From assembly GCA_951406725.2 (NCBI GenBank), contig OX597831.1:22258001-22322000 (forward strand): DNA of 64,000 nt. The letters run 5' to 3'. This DNA comes from Octopus vulgaris (taxonomy: Eukaryota). This document shows, piece after piece, positions 27,116 through 40,984 of this stretch. A program made the position numbers and the translations under genes. Positions within the stretch are counted from its first letter, which is position 1; each line of letters opens with the position of its first letter. A model generated the notes under the pieces. It was not told where the DNA came from, did no database searches, and worked only from the letters and a program-made list of their open reading frames with translations.

Positions 27116-27720
27116 ATGATGAAGGCTCCTGCTCGTGAAGTCATTTCTACTTCTGCTTTTTATTCTAAAACTTTCAATGAACGCCAGTCTAATATAATCT
27201 TTGCGCGTACACCTTGTTGGCTTTTGTTTCCTCCTGCTTTTTCATTTTTGATTTGTCTATTATCGTACGCTCGCACGGATCTTCTACATCTTTCCGACGA
27301 TGATTTGGATTACTTAATACTTGGATTACCATACACCTTTGTGTTACCTCAGAGTCTGTCGATTCTGTACCATTAATTGTGAATCATCTTATCTCTTCAG
27401 TGATTTTTCAACTTTTCTTCTTCCGCCTATCCAACACTGCTCCTTTTCTTACCCCCATTTTATCATTATGCCCGGCCTTCATTCCGTCCTATTTCAAGCA
27501 ACTCAACTTGCTTTCCTCTGCACTATCTGCCCCCTCCTCCTTTTCCTCATCTCTGTATTTCTTTCCTTTTTCCGACGAAGAGCCATGCTCGAAACGTCAT
27601 TTTCACTCCTCTTTTTTTCCATCTAAAGCTTTCACTCATCGCCAATCTAATATATTCACTGTGAATAAATTAAATTTTGCTGTTTTCCAGTTTTATTTTT
27701 CAACTTTTGATTTGCTTACA
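27116..27720 (+). mobile_element. Decayed Penelope 3' end with two tandem pLTR-like units
   Basis: 27116-27250 is repeated at 27572-27715 (ctaaa.ctttca...cgcca.tctaatata). Hammerhead-like CCGACGA-A-GAGC-cat-GCTC-GAAAC-GTC at 27572-27598. Intervening [12 protein letters not shown] resembles the GIY-YIG C-terminal IFRLxTLxP motif. Confidence 0.5.
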
Positions 27721-27722
27721 TA

Positions 27723-27850
<128 letters not shown>

Positions 27851-29200
27851 CACATACACACACACATATATATCATCCACATACATATGCCTTCATATAT
27901 GGAGAATAACTATTCTTTTAGACATGCTCTGTTGAAAATACGGCAGTATTCCACTTCAGTGCTTCGTTTTATTAAAACTTTTTCGTATTTCTATGAGTTC
28001 TTTGTAGTTGAAAACAGTAAAATTCCTAATTCCATCTTCAATGTTTCTGCTTGTGACTAGAGTATGCTGACTGCGTGGTTATATAAGCATTGTATATAAG
28101 CATTGTGCTATCAGTATTACTTCTCTCATGAATCAGCTATTGTTGTGAAGTGTTTTGTAGAGTATAAAAGTGTTATTTACTCATGTTTTCCTAAAAACAT
28201 TTTTGTGTTGTATACTGCAATCACTCCTTGTATGTTCATGGAAAATTTTCAGTAGAGAAGGCGTGGACAACCTCTTTTCGAGAAGCGGGCAGCTTGAAAC
28301 ATTGACCATCATCAGACGGGTCGCATTACAAAAAAAAAAAACACTGAGGGTAAGTTTTCTTTAGGTGTACCATTTACAGATTCCCGAGGGTCGCAGGTTA
28401 CCGTGACTGTAATAGCGTGTCGTGTATGTTTATGGCCAAAATAAAAATTGGAGCCATGGTGTTTGCAATTTTGCAAACAAATATATAAATTTCATTGATC
28501 ATTTGCAGACCGTCATCTAATTTCCATACTTGCTGCTTGTTATTGATAAGGTCATTAAATTTAGCGTTCTGCAATGTATTACGATGTGATGTAATGCGTC
28601 TTGTATTTTCCTGTATATATTCGATTCATATAACACAATTCATATGTAGTTTACGTATTTCTAATAAACTTCGTATCTAACCTATTTCTCAGAGCTTTTT
28701 TCTTCTCCGACTCTCTTCTTCTATGGCACGGCCTGTTTGCTAGAATACCCGTTAATGATATTCGTTTTATTCTGTCGTTGAGAGAAAATCTACGAAGCAC
28801 AAAATCCTTCCTTGAATCTTTCACTCTATTTCCGTTCTAATCAACTGCTACATATTTTCAAGTTTTAATCGTTCTCTACAAAACGCTGTATCCAAAACCA
28901 TCCACCTCATATCTCTCTTTCAAGTTCTCTCAGCGTCTTTCTATTTCTATATTGTTCCATTCTGCCCTTCATCTACTCAAAATTTATTTTCAAGATATGA
29001 AATATTTTAACAAACACACACACACACACACACACTCGTCCCCCCTCACACATACAAACATATACGATGGGCTTTCAGTTTCCATCTACCAAATCTACTC
29101 ACAAGACTTTGGTCGGCTCGAGGATATAGTAGATGACCCTTGCCCGAGCAACAATGTGGTTGGTAAGCAAGCTACTTACAACGCAGCCACGCCTGTATAT

Positions 29201-29257
<57 letters not shown>

Positions 29258-29259
29258 AA

Positions 29260-29760
29260 TAAAGTAAAGGTTATTTGCCAACATAATGTCGCTGTCCCCA
29301 AAAGGGACGATGTTACTGTTATTTTAGCCCCGAGAAACATAGTTTCTAGCTGGCTATATAAGGACACTATCTCTGTCCTTACATTTTCGAACAGGGAGTC
29401 CAGCGCAATAATCTAGCGCTAGACAACATCCGTGGACTAGTTTCTGGGTTATTGCTCTTTATCAACACAGAGCTGCTGCTTTGGCCAGACGGTGTTGCTG
29501 AATTCACCGTTCGAACTATGGTTTTCAAAGGGACGTCACTTTGAAAGAGCAATAACCCAGAAACTAGTCTACGACTGTAGTTTTGCGCTAGATTGTAGCT
29601 CTGAACTTCCTGTTCGAAAATATAAGGACACAGATAGTGTGTCGTATAGCCAGCCAGAATCGACGTTCCTTGGGGCTAGAACAACAGCAACATCGTCCCT
29701 TTCGGGACAGCCACATTATGTTGGCAAATAGCTTTTACTTTAAAGAACTGTTACTAAATA
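29260..29760. mobile_element. ~480-bp imperfect fold-back element with branched apex, directly after (TA)n
   Basis: Arms 29260-29460 / 29544-29742. Apex sub-hairpins ACGGTG/CACCGT (29489-29510) and CAAAGgGAC/GTCaCTTTG (29526-29543). Confidence 0.85.
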
Positions 29761-29817
29761 TCTCTCTTTGAGAGATTTAAAAATAATAATATTTCTCTCT
29801 CTCTCTCTCCCGCCCCC

Positions 29818-29856
<39 letters not shown>

Positions 29857-29857
29857 A

Positions 29858-29888
<31 letters not shown>

Positions 29889-29889
29889 T

Positions 29890-30190
29890 CGTCGCCTTTT
29901 TTAAGCCCAGCCAGGCTCATGGGCTCGGTTTCCCGGTTTCTGTGGCGTTTGTGTTCCTCCCCAGCTGGACGGGACGCCAGTCCATCGCAGCGTTACTGAA
30001 GAAACAGGAAGAGAGAGTGAGGGAAAGTTGGGGCGAAAGAGTACAACAGGGGTCGCCACCACCCCCTGCCGGAGCATCGTGGAGCTTTTAGGTGTTTTCG
30101 CTCAATAAACACACACAATGTCTGGGAATCGAAATCGCGATCCTACGACCGCGAGTCCATTGCTCTAACCGCTGGGCCATTGCGCCTCCA
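29890..30190 (-). mobile_element. SINE with family C head and a V-domain-like 3' region
   Basis: Minus strand gctgcgatggactggcgtcccgtccag resembles the V-SINE domain; head as at 4940. Confidence 0.7.
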
Positions 30191-30199
30191 CTCTCTCTC

Positions 30200-30233
<34 letters not shown>

Positions 30234-30471
30234 TCTCTATATATATATATATATCTTTACTTATTTACATTTGACAGATGGTTTATATCCGTAATTCACT
30301 GTTATTACATTGTCAGGATTATCTTGCTCTAGGTTTACCTCAAGGTTACAAGTGTCAGTGGAATACTCGACCACATCAAATATAATACAATGTGTAATTA
30401 GTTCAATTGAATGAATAAGTGATGCAATCTACAGATCACCATTTATATTCACTTGATATACATACATACAA

Positions 30472-30509
<38 letters not shown>

Positions 30510-30550
30510 GTATATATCTATATCTATCTATTTATCTATCTATCTTTCTA

Positions 30551-30584
<34 letters not shown>

Positions 30585-31464
30585 TCTCTCTCTCACACAC
30601 ACTCTCTCTCTGTGTCTGTCTGTCTCTCTCTCTCTCTATATATATATGCATTTATATACATTGTCAGACACATAAAACAGCATAAATACAACCATTGATG
30701 CTTACATACAGACACTGATACACACACATACGCATACATTCACTCACACACACACACTCACATACACACATACACACACACACGCACATATATACAAATA
30801 CATACGTACATACATACATAAATATAAATGCTTGTATGCATATGTATCTCTAGATGTAAAACTATACACACAAATATATGCATATGTATATGTGTTTGTG
30901 TGTTGATTGTGCTTGTGTGTGTATGTCTGAGCGCGTGCAGTATTAATTACTTACAATGAAGTTAGAAAGAAAAGTCAATTTTGCTGCGGCACCACCAATC
31001 TTAATATCTCGAGTGAAATAAATCTAGTAATATCATATCACGTATCAGGCAGCTTCCCTCAACATACACACATACATGCATACATACATACATATATACA
31101 TACATGCATACATACATACATGCATACATACATACATACATACATGCAGACATATATACATACATGTATACATATATACATACATGCATACATACATGCG
31201 TACATAATACATACATACATACATGCAGACATATATATATACATACATACATACATACATACATACATACATAAATGAATATATACGTACATATACACAC
31301 ACATGTACATATATATATATGTGTGTGTGTATATATACATATGTATATATATATGTATATATATATATATATGTAACCATATATATGTAACCATTTATAC
31401 ACAGATATATATATATATATATAAATATATATATGTATATATATATGTACATATGTATATATGA

Positions 31465-31500
<36 letters not shown>

Positions 31501-31623
31501 TCACATACACACACTTATATATGTATTCTATATATACTTACACAAACACTCCCGTATGCCTCTGTGAATGTATATATTTATGTATGTATATACATATATA
31601 TATACTTATAGACATCCATCCAT

Positions 31624-31725
<102 letters not shown>

Positions 31726-31833
31726 TTGATTGTTTATTTGTCATCCCACGTGGATGCAATTCTATTTCATATTTTGATTAAATGTCAATACATAACTCGA
31801 CAGATATAGAAGAACAGCTATGTAAAATTATGC

Positions 31834-31887
<54 letters not shown>

Positions 31888-32461
31888 ACATAAAACCACC
31901 ATATGCACACACATACAGACACTAAAACATGTGGACCTACGTTTAATTTCATACTTCTTCGTGTATATGTATTTATATGCACACTTCCGCACCCCGCCAT
32001 TCACACACTTATAACCACATTTAATTTATATATAAATGAGACCAGATTTGACTTCTTTAATATATCTGGGCGTCATGTGTCAGCGTCTATTTTTCTCCTC
32101 ATCTTCCTCCTGCTCCTGAACCTCCTCCTACTCGTGCTCCTCCTCCTCCTTTAGCCGCTCTCTTTCTTTCTCTTATACAGTGGCACACATGCACATAGAC
32201 GTATAACGGTGACGTCATAAGAATTTATAAACTTGGAGAAAATTTGAAATAAATCATTTTGGGAAGAGTGAATCTCGAAGCATTTAAAGTAGGAAAGGAC
32301 AGCGTGTAAATATTGGATAAAAAAAAAAAATGAGATTTTGGATAGAAAATCCGATGACTGCTCGTGGGAGACGAGCCCATATCTGCAGACATGACAGGTG
32401 TAGCCTTTGACTCTTTCTAAGACCGAATATTTACATGGAGTTCTCTATAGCTTATCTGCTC

Positions 32462-32695
32462 TAAGGCGGCGAGCTGGCAGAATCGTTAGCACGCCGGGCG
32501 AAATGCGTAGCCGTATTTCGTCTGCCGTTACGTTCTGAGTTCAAATTCCGCCGAGGTCGACTTTGCCTTTCATCTTTTTGTGGTCGATAAATAAAGTACC
32601 AGTTTCGCACTAGGGTCGATGTAATCGACTTAATCCGTTTGTCTGTTCTTGTTTGTCCCCTCTATGTTTAGCCCCTTGTGGGCAGTAAAGAAATA
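32462..32695 (+). mobile_element. SINE family A, full length with 16-bp target-site duplication
   Basis: tatagcttatctgctc at 32446-32461 and 32696-32711. Confidence 0.9.
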
Positions 32696-32923
32696 TATAG
32701 CTTATCTGCTCCAGTATTCACCGTTCCGAAAGAGAATTTACATAGATAGACGCAGGTTTGGTTGGGTGGTAAGAAGCTCGATTCCCAACCACATGGTTCG
32801 GGCTTCAGTCCCACTATGTGGCATCTTGGGCAAGTGTCTTCTACTATAGCCTCGGGCCGACCAAAGCCTTATGAGTGGATTTGGTTGATGGAAACGTAAA
32901 TAATTCCGTCGTATATATATATG

Positions 32924-33114
32924 TATTGAGTTGTTACATAAATAATGCGGTTTTTTTCAATTGCATGAACTGAAAGTCGGATGGGGACGGGATAAACTAC
33001 CTGCATCAACTTGCTATAAAAGCAGGTAGCAATTTTACGTAGTACTTGTTCTTAGGGCAAGTTTTGAAGAGTATAGTTCGGTTTTAATAGTTATTTTTCA
33101 AAGCTATAATGGAA
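32924..33114 (+). mobile_element. mariner-like transposon 5' end
   Basis: TA-ttgagttgttacataaataatgcggtttttt resembles the Hsmar1/MADE1-type TIR, followed by a TATA-like tataaaag and ATGGAA. Truncated by a SINE D tail (33120-33300, minus strand). Confidence 0.55.
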
Positions 33115-33571
33115 ATGTTGTTGTTGTTGTTGGCACTCTGTCGGTTACGACGACGAGTTTTCCAGTTGATCCGATCAACGGAACAGCCTGCTCGTGAAAT
33201 TAACGTGCAAGTGGCTGAGCAATCCTCTGACACGTGTACCCTTAACGTAATTCTTGGGGAGATTCAGGCGACACAGAGTGTGACAAGGCTGGCCTTTCAA
33301 TGGCAAACGATGCCCAACCAACCCACCATATTCGCCGGTTGATGGTTCCTGTCCCTGGATTGCAAATGCATACTCTTCAAAGTGGGAGGTAGTAATCCGG
33401 CTATTGGTCCATGATAAACTGCTTTGATGAACGATGTTACTATCATCCCGATGTATGTATGTATGTATGTATGTATGTATGTATGTATGTATGTATGTAT
33501 GTATGTATGTATCTATATATGTATATATGTATGTATGTATGTACGCACGAGATGATATAAAAAAACGTTGA

Positions 33572-33871
33572 GGGGCGTCACTTTAACGTGCAGCTTAACG
33601 ATATACATTAAACCTAGCCCTAACTCTAAACCACAACCCTAATCCCAACCTTAAAATTAAACCTAATCCCTAAACCCTAATCTTAAACACTAAATTCTAA
33701 CACTAAATACTAATATTTAACCTTAACCCTAACCATAGATCCTAATGCTTACCATAACCGTAAACCCTAAAACAAAACCCTAACCCTAACCCCAAACCCT
33801 TAACTGAACCCTGACGCAGATCATACCGTAGACTCCGGATGTTATGGTTGAGTGCACGCTAAAATAGCACC
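33572..33871. mobile_element. MITE-like element filled with degenerate telomere-type (CCCTAA) repeats
   Basis: ggcgtcactttaacgtgcagcttaacgata pairs imperfectly with tatggttgagtgcacgctaaaatagcacc. Internal ccctaa/aaccct repeats at 33610-33812. Direct repeat cgttga at 33566 and 33871. Confidence 0.6.
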
Positions 33872-34067
33872 GTTGAAGTTCTACAGGGAGTTTCGCAGTC
33901 GGCAGGCTTGCTCACGGTTACTATGCTCGTATCTCGAGCGGCCCAGCCAAGGTGGGTTACCAGAGAACGTTATCAGCATTTGGTGTAATATAAATATCTA
34001 TTCACACTATCCAACCTATTGAGATCTCTATCTGATAATGTTTACACTTTGGAAAATATATCCTATC

Positions 34068-34675
34068 ATACGCAGCAGTGGCTGTGTGGTTAGTGCGCAC
34101 GAGGGGCTGTGTGGTAAATAGCTTGCTTACCAACCACATGATTCCGGGTTCAGTCCCACTGCGTGGAACCTTGGCCAAGTGTCTTCTGCTATAGCCTCGG
34201 GCCGACCAAAGCCTTGTGAATGGATTTGGTAGCTTGCTTACCAACCACATGGTTCCGGGTTCAGTCCCACTGCGTGGCACCTTGGCCAAGTGTCTTCTGC
34301 TATAGCCTCGGGCCGACCAAAGCCTTGTGAATGGATTTGGTAGCTTGCTTACCAACCACATGGTTCCGGGTTCAGTCCCACTGCGTGGCACCTTGGCCAA
34401 GTGTCTTCTAATATAGCCCCGGGCGAGACCAAAGCCTTGTGAGTGGATGTATGTGTGTGTATATGTTTGTATCTCCGTGTTTGTCCCCTCCCCCAACATC
34501 GCTTGACAACCGATGCTGGTGTGTTTACGTCCCCGTAATTTAGCGTTTCGGCAAAAGAGACCGATAGAATAAGTACTAGGCTTACAAAGATTAAGTCCCG
34601 GGGTCGATTTGCTCGACTAAAGGCGGTGCTCCAGCATGGTCGCAGTCAAATGACTGAAACAAGTAAAAGAGTAAA
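34068..34675 (+). mobile_element. SINE family B with triplicated ~110-bp internal segment
   Basis: tagcttgcttaccaaccacatg...aagccttgtga recurs at about 34119, 34230 and 34341. Confidence 0.9.
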
Positions 34676-34715
34676 CGAATTCTTTGCAAATTTTACATTA
34701 ATTACGACGTATATC

Positions 34716-34773
<58 letters not shown>

Positions 34774-34774
34774 A

Positions 34775-34807
<33 letters not shown>

Positions 34808-34808
34808 G

Positions 34809-34841
<33 letters not shown>

Positions 34842-34852
34842 TTATCTATCTA

Positions 34853-34887
<35 letters not shown>

Positions 34888-35304
34888 GAATGTCTGTCTG
34901 TCTATCTATCTATCTATCTATTTATCTATCTATCTATTTATCTATCTACCTATTTATCTATCTATCTGTCAGTCAGTCTGTCTCTCTATACATATATGCA
35001 GAGAGAGAAAGAGAGAGAGAGAGAGAGATAAGGAGATAGAGAGAAAGAGAGAGAGAGATAAAATGTGAGTCGCAGTATCTCGGATATAACTGTGCTTCAT
35101 TAACCAGCTAAAGAAAATGTACTCTTGGGGTTAAAAAATCGCAGTAAAATCCGTTCGATCGAACAGCCATGTTGAAGTGGCTACGAACATTATTTGTTAA
35201 CACAGCCTCTGCGTTGATCTCTTAGAGAGATTTTTGAACCAGCAATTTTGCTTATATATATAAGCAATTTTGCTTACACACCCACATACACTCACACACA
35301 CATA

Positions 35305-35485
35305 TACTCTTACTCATTTACTTGTTTCAGTCATTTGACTGTGGCCATGCTGGAGCACCGCCTTTAGTCGAGCCTAGTACTTATTCTGTCGGTCTCTTTT
35401 GCCAAACCGCTAGATCACGGGGACGTAAACACACCAGCATCGATTGTCAAGCGATGTTTGGGGGACAAACAGAGACACACACACA

Positions 35486-35551
<66 letters not shown>

Positions 35552-35714
35552 TATATACGACGGGCTTCTTTCAGTTTCCATCTACCAAATCCACTCACAA
35601 GCCTTTGGTCAGCACGAGGCTATTACAGAAGACACTTGCCCAAGGTGCCACGCAGTGGGACTGAACCTGGAACCATGTGGTTCGTAAGCTTACCACACAG
35701 CCACTCCTACGCCT
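35305..35714 (-). mobile_element. SINE family B, full length
   Basis: Reverse complement of the 34068-34675 consensus. Confidence 0.85.
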
Positions 35715-35799
35715 ATTAAATATATATACATATTATATATATATATACATATATATATATATACACATATATATATATTATATATATATATATAAATGA

Positions 35800-35839
<40 letters not shown>

Positions 35840-36034
35840 ATGTATGTATGTATGTATGTATGTATGTATGTATGTATGTATGTATGTATGTATGTATGTA
35901 TGTGTGTATGCGTATGTGTGTGCGTAATGACGCATGCGCAACTATACCTATGTGGCAATTATCTTCAAACTTCCCTTCAATTAACTTGGTCTATTGCACC
36001 GTTGCACACACGCGTTCTTCCAGCTATTATTGCT

Positions 36035-36130
36035 AACACCAGCACCACCGCCACCAATACTACCAGCACCACCACCAGCACCAGCACCACCACCAGCACC
36101 AGCACCACCACCACCACCGACACAACTATA

Positions 36131-36161
<31 letters not shown>

Positions 36162-36696
36162 TAGCAACAACATCAACAACTACCACTTATGTGCCACCGA
36201 GTATACCACACAGTTTAGTATTTCCAATATCATCAATACCACCACCACCATCATCTCCACTATCACTACCACTGGCACCAGCACCACCATCATCATCACC
36301 ACCACCACCACTACCAGCACCACCACAACCACCACCATCACCACCACGACCACCACCATCACCACCACGACCACCACCACAACAACCACAACCACCACCA
36401 CCACCACCACCACCATCACGACAACAACCACCACCACCACCATCACCACCACCACCACCACCACCCTCACCACCACCACCACAACCACCACATTCACCAC
36501 CACCACCACCACCACATCACCACCACCACCACCACCACCACAACCATCACCACGACCACGACCACCACCACCACGACCATGACCACCACGACCACCACCA
36601 CCACGACCACCACCACGACCACGACCACCACGACCACCACCACGACCACCACCTCCACCACCACCACGACCACCACCACCACCACGACCACCACCA
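36035..36696. repeat. (CAC)n-derived low-complexity tract
   Basis: Directly visible. Confidence 0.9.
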
Positions 36697-36775
36697 TAAG
36701 CAGGGCCTCATCTGAAACTTTCTTCTCCTGCTCATCCACTCCCACATTAATTTCTTTACATGATTTCCAATATAT

Positions 36776-36834
<59 letters not shown>

Positions 36835-37229
36835 ACAGTATGATTGTGTGTGTGTGTGTGTGTAACTGTGCATCTGTGTGTGTTTGTGCGAGAGAGAAAG
36901 AGAGAGAGAGAGAAACAGAGAAAGAAAGAGCGAGAGTGAGAGACTCTGTGTGTGTGAGTAATTGTTTGCTTTCCAATATTTACTATTGTATATGCTTAGG
37001 AAATATAGTGGAAATTTTAATATACTTGCGTACGTGTATTGATAATGTGTGTGTGTATTTATTTGTATATTTGCATATATGCATATATTCTATCGACAGG
37101 AATGTCTTGTGTGTAAGTATGTATATGCATATGTGTATACGTGTGCCTTTGCATATTAGGTTATATGAGAGATATGTGTGTATTTGTACATTTTATCTGT
37201 CTCTCTTCTCTCTCTCTCTCTCTCTCTAG

Positions 37230-37282
<53 letters not shown>

Positions 37283-37622
37283 CATCTATCCATCTATCCA
37301 TCTATCTATCTATCTATCCATCTATCTATCTATCCATCTATCCATCTATCCATCTATCCATCTATCCATCTATCTATCCATCTATCCATCTATCTATCTA
37401 TCCACCTATCCACCTATCCATCTATCCATCCATCTATCCATCTATCCATCTATCCATCTATCTATCTATCCATCTATCCATCTATCCATCTATCCATCTA
37501 TCCATCTATCTATCTATTATCTATCTATCTCTCAATCTAGCTGTCTGTATGTATGTGTGTATGCGTATGCTTGTGTGTGTATATGTGTATGTATATAGAC
37601 TTACACATACAAACCTAGACGT

Positions 37623-37659
<37 letters not shown>

Positions 37660-37660
37660 A

Positions 37661-37704
<44 letters not shown>

Positions 37705-38262
37705 GAACAAGCATATACTCACGCGCACACACATATGGAGATACATACAAACTCACTTAAGTGGAGACATGCATTGTTACATACATATATACAAACATAT
37801 ATACATTCATAGTTACATGCATTTATGCATACGTGCATACATACATACATACATACATAAATGCATACATACAAACATACATACATACATACATTAGTAT
37901 ATATTCTGAATCATGCTCTTTACTGAGCATGCGTACAGCCGATAATAAACATGATTATATACGATAGAAAATGGCGTCTGTCGTATATATTACGGTCGAT
38001 AAATTTATTAAAATTTACTGAAGCCATTTCAGCGCCTTAAATCTCCATAGTTGACTGAATATTTCAATATTAGGAGTATCTATCATGATCGTTCAATACC
38101 TTGTCCAATCAAGTATAAAATCGATTTTTATTTATTTAAATATTGTGTGTGCTGTGGGAAGATGTGGCCAGTATGAGCATCAGACTATGCAAGCCTTAGA
38201 GAGACAATGGCGCGCCTGTTAACATGTGTTATGAACAGATCAACATTGCTGGGTTGTAGAAG

Positions 38263-38314
<52 letters not shown>

Positions 38315-38529
38315 TTACACATATATATACACATACATATATAAATATGTACATGTGTTTGTGTGTGTTTATGTAGCATACATATATGCATATATATATG
38401 TTTATATAGATGTATATATGTATGCATTTATATACATACATAAATACGCACACACACTCGCACACATATATAAGGGAAGGTGAAAGACTCCTATGCACAT
38501 TTATAACAAATACACACACACGTAATATA

Positions 38530-38690
38530 TACAGGTTATGATCAATAAGTATCCGGACTGTTGCCATAGTAACGAAGTTAAAGCATGCAGAGTAAAGCTC
38601 TTTGGCACAGATTGACCTTGAACTAAGTTTTCACGTTCTAGCTCACATCCGCTGTTTACAGCAGTGCTTGGAATAAAGGTGTGTAGCGTG
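38530..38690 (+). mobile_element. mariner-like transposon 5' end (second family)
   Basis: TA-caggttatgatcaataagtatccggact resembles TACGAGGGxTGATCAAxAAGT-type mariner TIRs. Confidence 0.45.
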
Positions 38691-39304
38691 TCAGGGAGTT
38701 ACCTGCTCTGGGGCCTACGCAAAGTTGCAGAAAATGCATAGAGAGGAGTGTATGGTTTTATTTTATTTTTACCATTGCATTTCTGAGACTGTCTGAACTG
38801 CTTAGATAATATTTTTGTATAGAAACACCCCCTGTTTTGCAGGGGGTACCCATCGATATTTATTGAATCTTAACTTTCGAAATAAAACAATATTTTGGTG
38901 TTTTTATTATTCTGTTGAACTTGGCTGATAAAGAAGCCGTCATAAATTTTGACAAAGTAACGCGTTCCTCGTCGGCAAAAAGGAGAACAATAATGTAGAA
39001 CGGCCTAAACTTAATGAAATCATTGAGACGAATAATGTTTCATCTCTAAGCAACGTCAAAATTTCGGTGTCGACAACAACAGCAGCAACAGAAGCAGCAT
39101 CAGATACAACAACAACAACAGCAACAACAACAGCAGCAACAACATCAACAACAATAGAAAAGAAATGAAACATAAATATCACCTCTGCTTTTTCTGTGTT
39201 TGCGACGAGAAATATGGAAAATCTCCGCCTAGATGAAGAGGATTTAAAAACGGCAAGGAAAAAATTGTAAAAAGGAATGGGAGAAGGATAGCTCTAAATC
39301 CTCC

Positions 39305-39781
39305 ATTCGACGTTAACACGATGTTTTGCACTTCCTATAGGGATGGTAAGCATGGTATCATTTTCAAATAGGTTTCAGTACCTATTTCATCATTCCTAGA
39401 GATCCTACAATCACTGGTACTGTAGTCACCTTGAGATGCCACAATTTTCAATTTCTATTAGCAAGTCTTTATATTCACTGATTTTGTCAAGTTCTTTCGC
39501 CGTTATATTGTGATCGCAAGGAATACTCATGTCAATTAATAAACACACCTTTTTTGTCTGATCATTTAAAATAATATCCGGTTTATTAGCTTTTATAGTT
39601 TTGTCGGTATGTACGGGGAAGTCCCAGAGAATCGACACATTTTCTCCCTCAGTCACAGCTTCAGGATGGTGTTTATACCATTTGTCAGCGGTTTTGATTT
39701 TATAATGCCGACATATTGTCATGTCTTGCTTTATATTCTACAGGTGCTACGAATCTACACCCTGAGATTAGGTGGTCTATA

Positions 39782-39783
<2 letters not shown>
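39305..39783 (-). pseudogene. R4/Dong-clade non-LTR retrotransposon fragment (end of CCHC knuckle plus restriction-like endonuclease), frameshifted
   Basis: TIDHLISGC..EYKARHD, KWYKHHPEAV, ILWDFPVHTDKTIKANKPDII, LLIDMSIPCDHNITAKELDK..YKDL, LWHLKVTTVPVIVGSLG. The 5' end abuts (TAA)n. Confidence 0.88.
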
Positions 39784-39846
<63 letters not shown>

Positions 39847-40106
39847 CATCATTATTATTATTAATAATATTTATACGCTAACTTTTTGTTTTTGTACGTA
39901 CCTGTGGTGTGTGTCACACTCATTTCAAAGGAAGAGGTAAAAAGGTTGAAGAGAGAGGTACAAAGAAAAAGAGAAATAAAAGGTGTTAAGTAGAGGAGGT
40001 AGAGTTGCAAATAGGGAGAGAGGGGAGGGACAGAAGCAGAGGAAGTATAGTTGAAGTGAGAGGTAAAGCGGCGAAAAGGGAGAAGCAAGAGGAAGTGAGA
40101 AAGAGA

Positions 40107-40147
<41 letters not shown>

Positions 40148-40910
40148 TTGAGAGAGAGAGAGAGAGAGAGAGAGGAGATTGAGAACGTTGGGAGGTAAGA
40201 GAAATATAACGCGTTAAACGCAGGAGGACAGTTACAGGCAAGGAGACATAAAGGAGGGAGAGAAGAGGGAGGGGGGAAAAGAAAGATTTAGAGAGATAGA
40301 TTGAGTGAAGGAAGGGAGTGGGTAGAGACGTACTCAAATGGTTAATGTCAAGCGACTGGCAAGCACATCTGTGATATTGAGCAGAATATTTGCTATAAAA
40401 TTGAATCTGTCTGAAACGTAATGGAAAATAGCTCAATTCCAAAACATCGATATCCAGTTGATAAAATCAGAGCTTCAAAGGAATAGCAATCTTTTCCCAA
40501 CGCATGGTTCCAGGTTCAGTCCCATTGTTTAGCACCTTGGCCTTCTGCTGCAGCTTCGAGCCGACCCAAAGCCTTATGAGTGGACTTGGTAGACGGAAAC
40601 TGCATAATTATTTTTTTTTTTTCCAACAAATTTTCTTCAACAAAAACAATAACAATATTTAAGAAAAACATCTTTAAATGATGGTCTGACCGTCTGCCAA
40701 GCAAATGGGAAGCAGTAATTGAAGTAGATGGTGAATATGCTCCGGCACCAACCCAATTCATGACTAGTTAATTTCTATATTTTACTATCACGGCTATGTG
40801 ATAAGAAGGTTGCTTTCCCAACACATGGTTCCATTGTGTGGTACCTTGGCCTTCTGCTGCAGCCCCGAGCCGACGAAAGCCTTATGAGTGGACTTGGTAG
40901 ACGGAAACTG

Positions 40911-40984
<74 letters not shown>

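Noticed and set aside
29260-29742. Strand-specific G-U wobble bias implying an RNA polarity for the rod
   Set aside because: Arm differences include both G-U and A-C types on the plus strand, so no polarity can be inferred.
33610-33812. True telomere or fusion site
   Set aside because: Short, highly degenerate, single orientation and enclosed by inverted repeats.
35834-36715. Thr/Pro/His-rich 293-aa ORF resembling an extensin or His-rich protein
   Set aside because: Derived from a (CAC)n tract, begins within (TATG)n, and is open in several frames on both strands.
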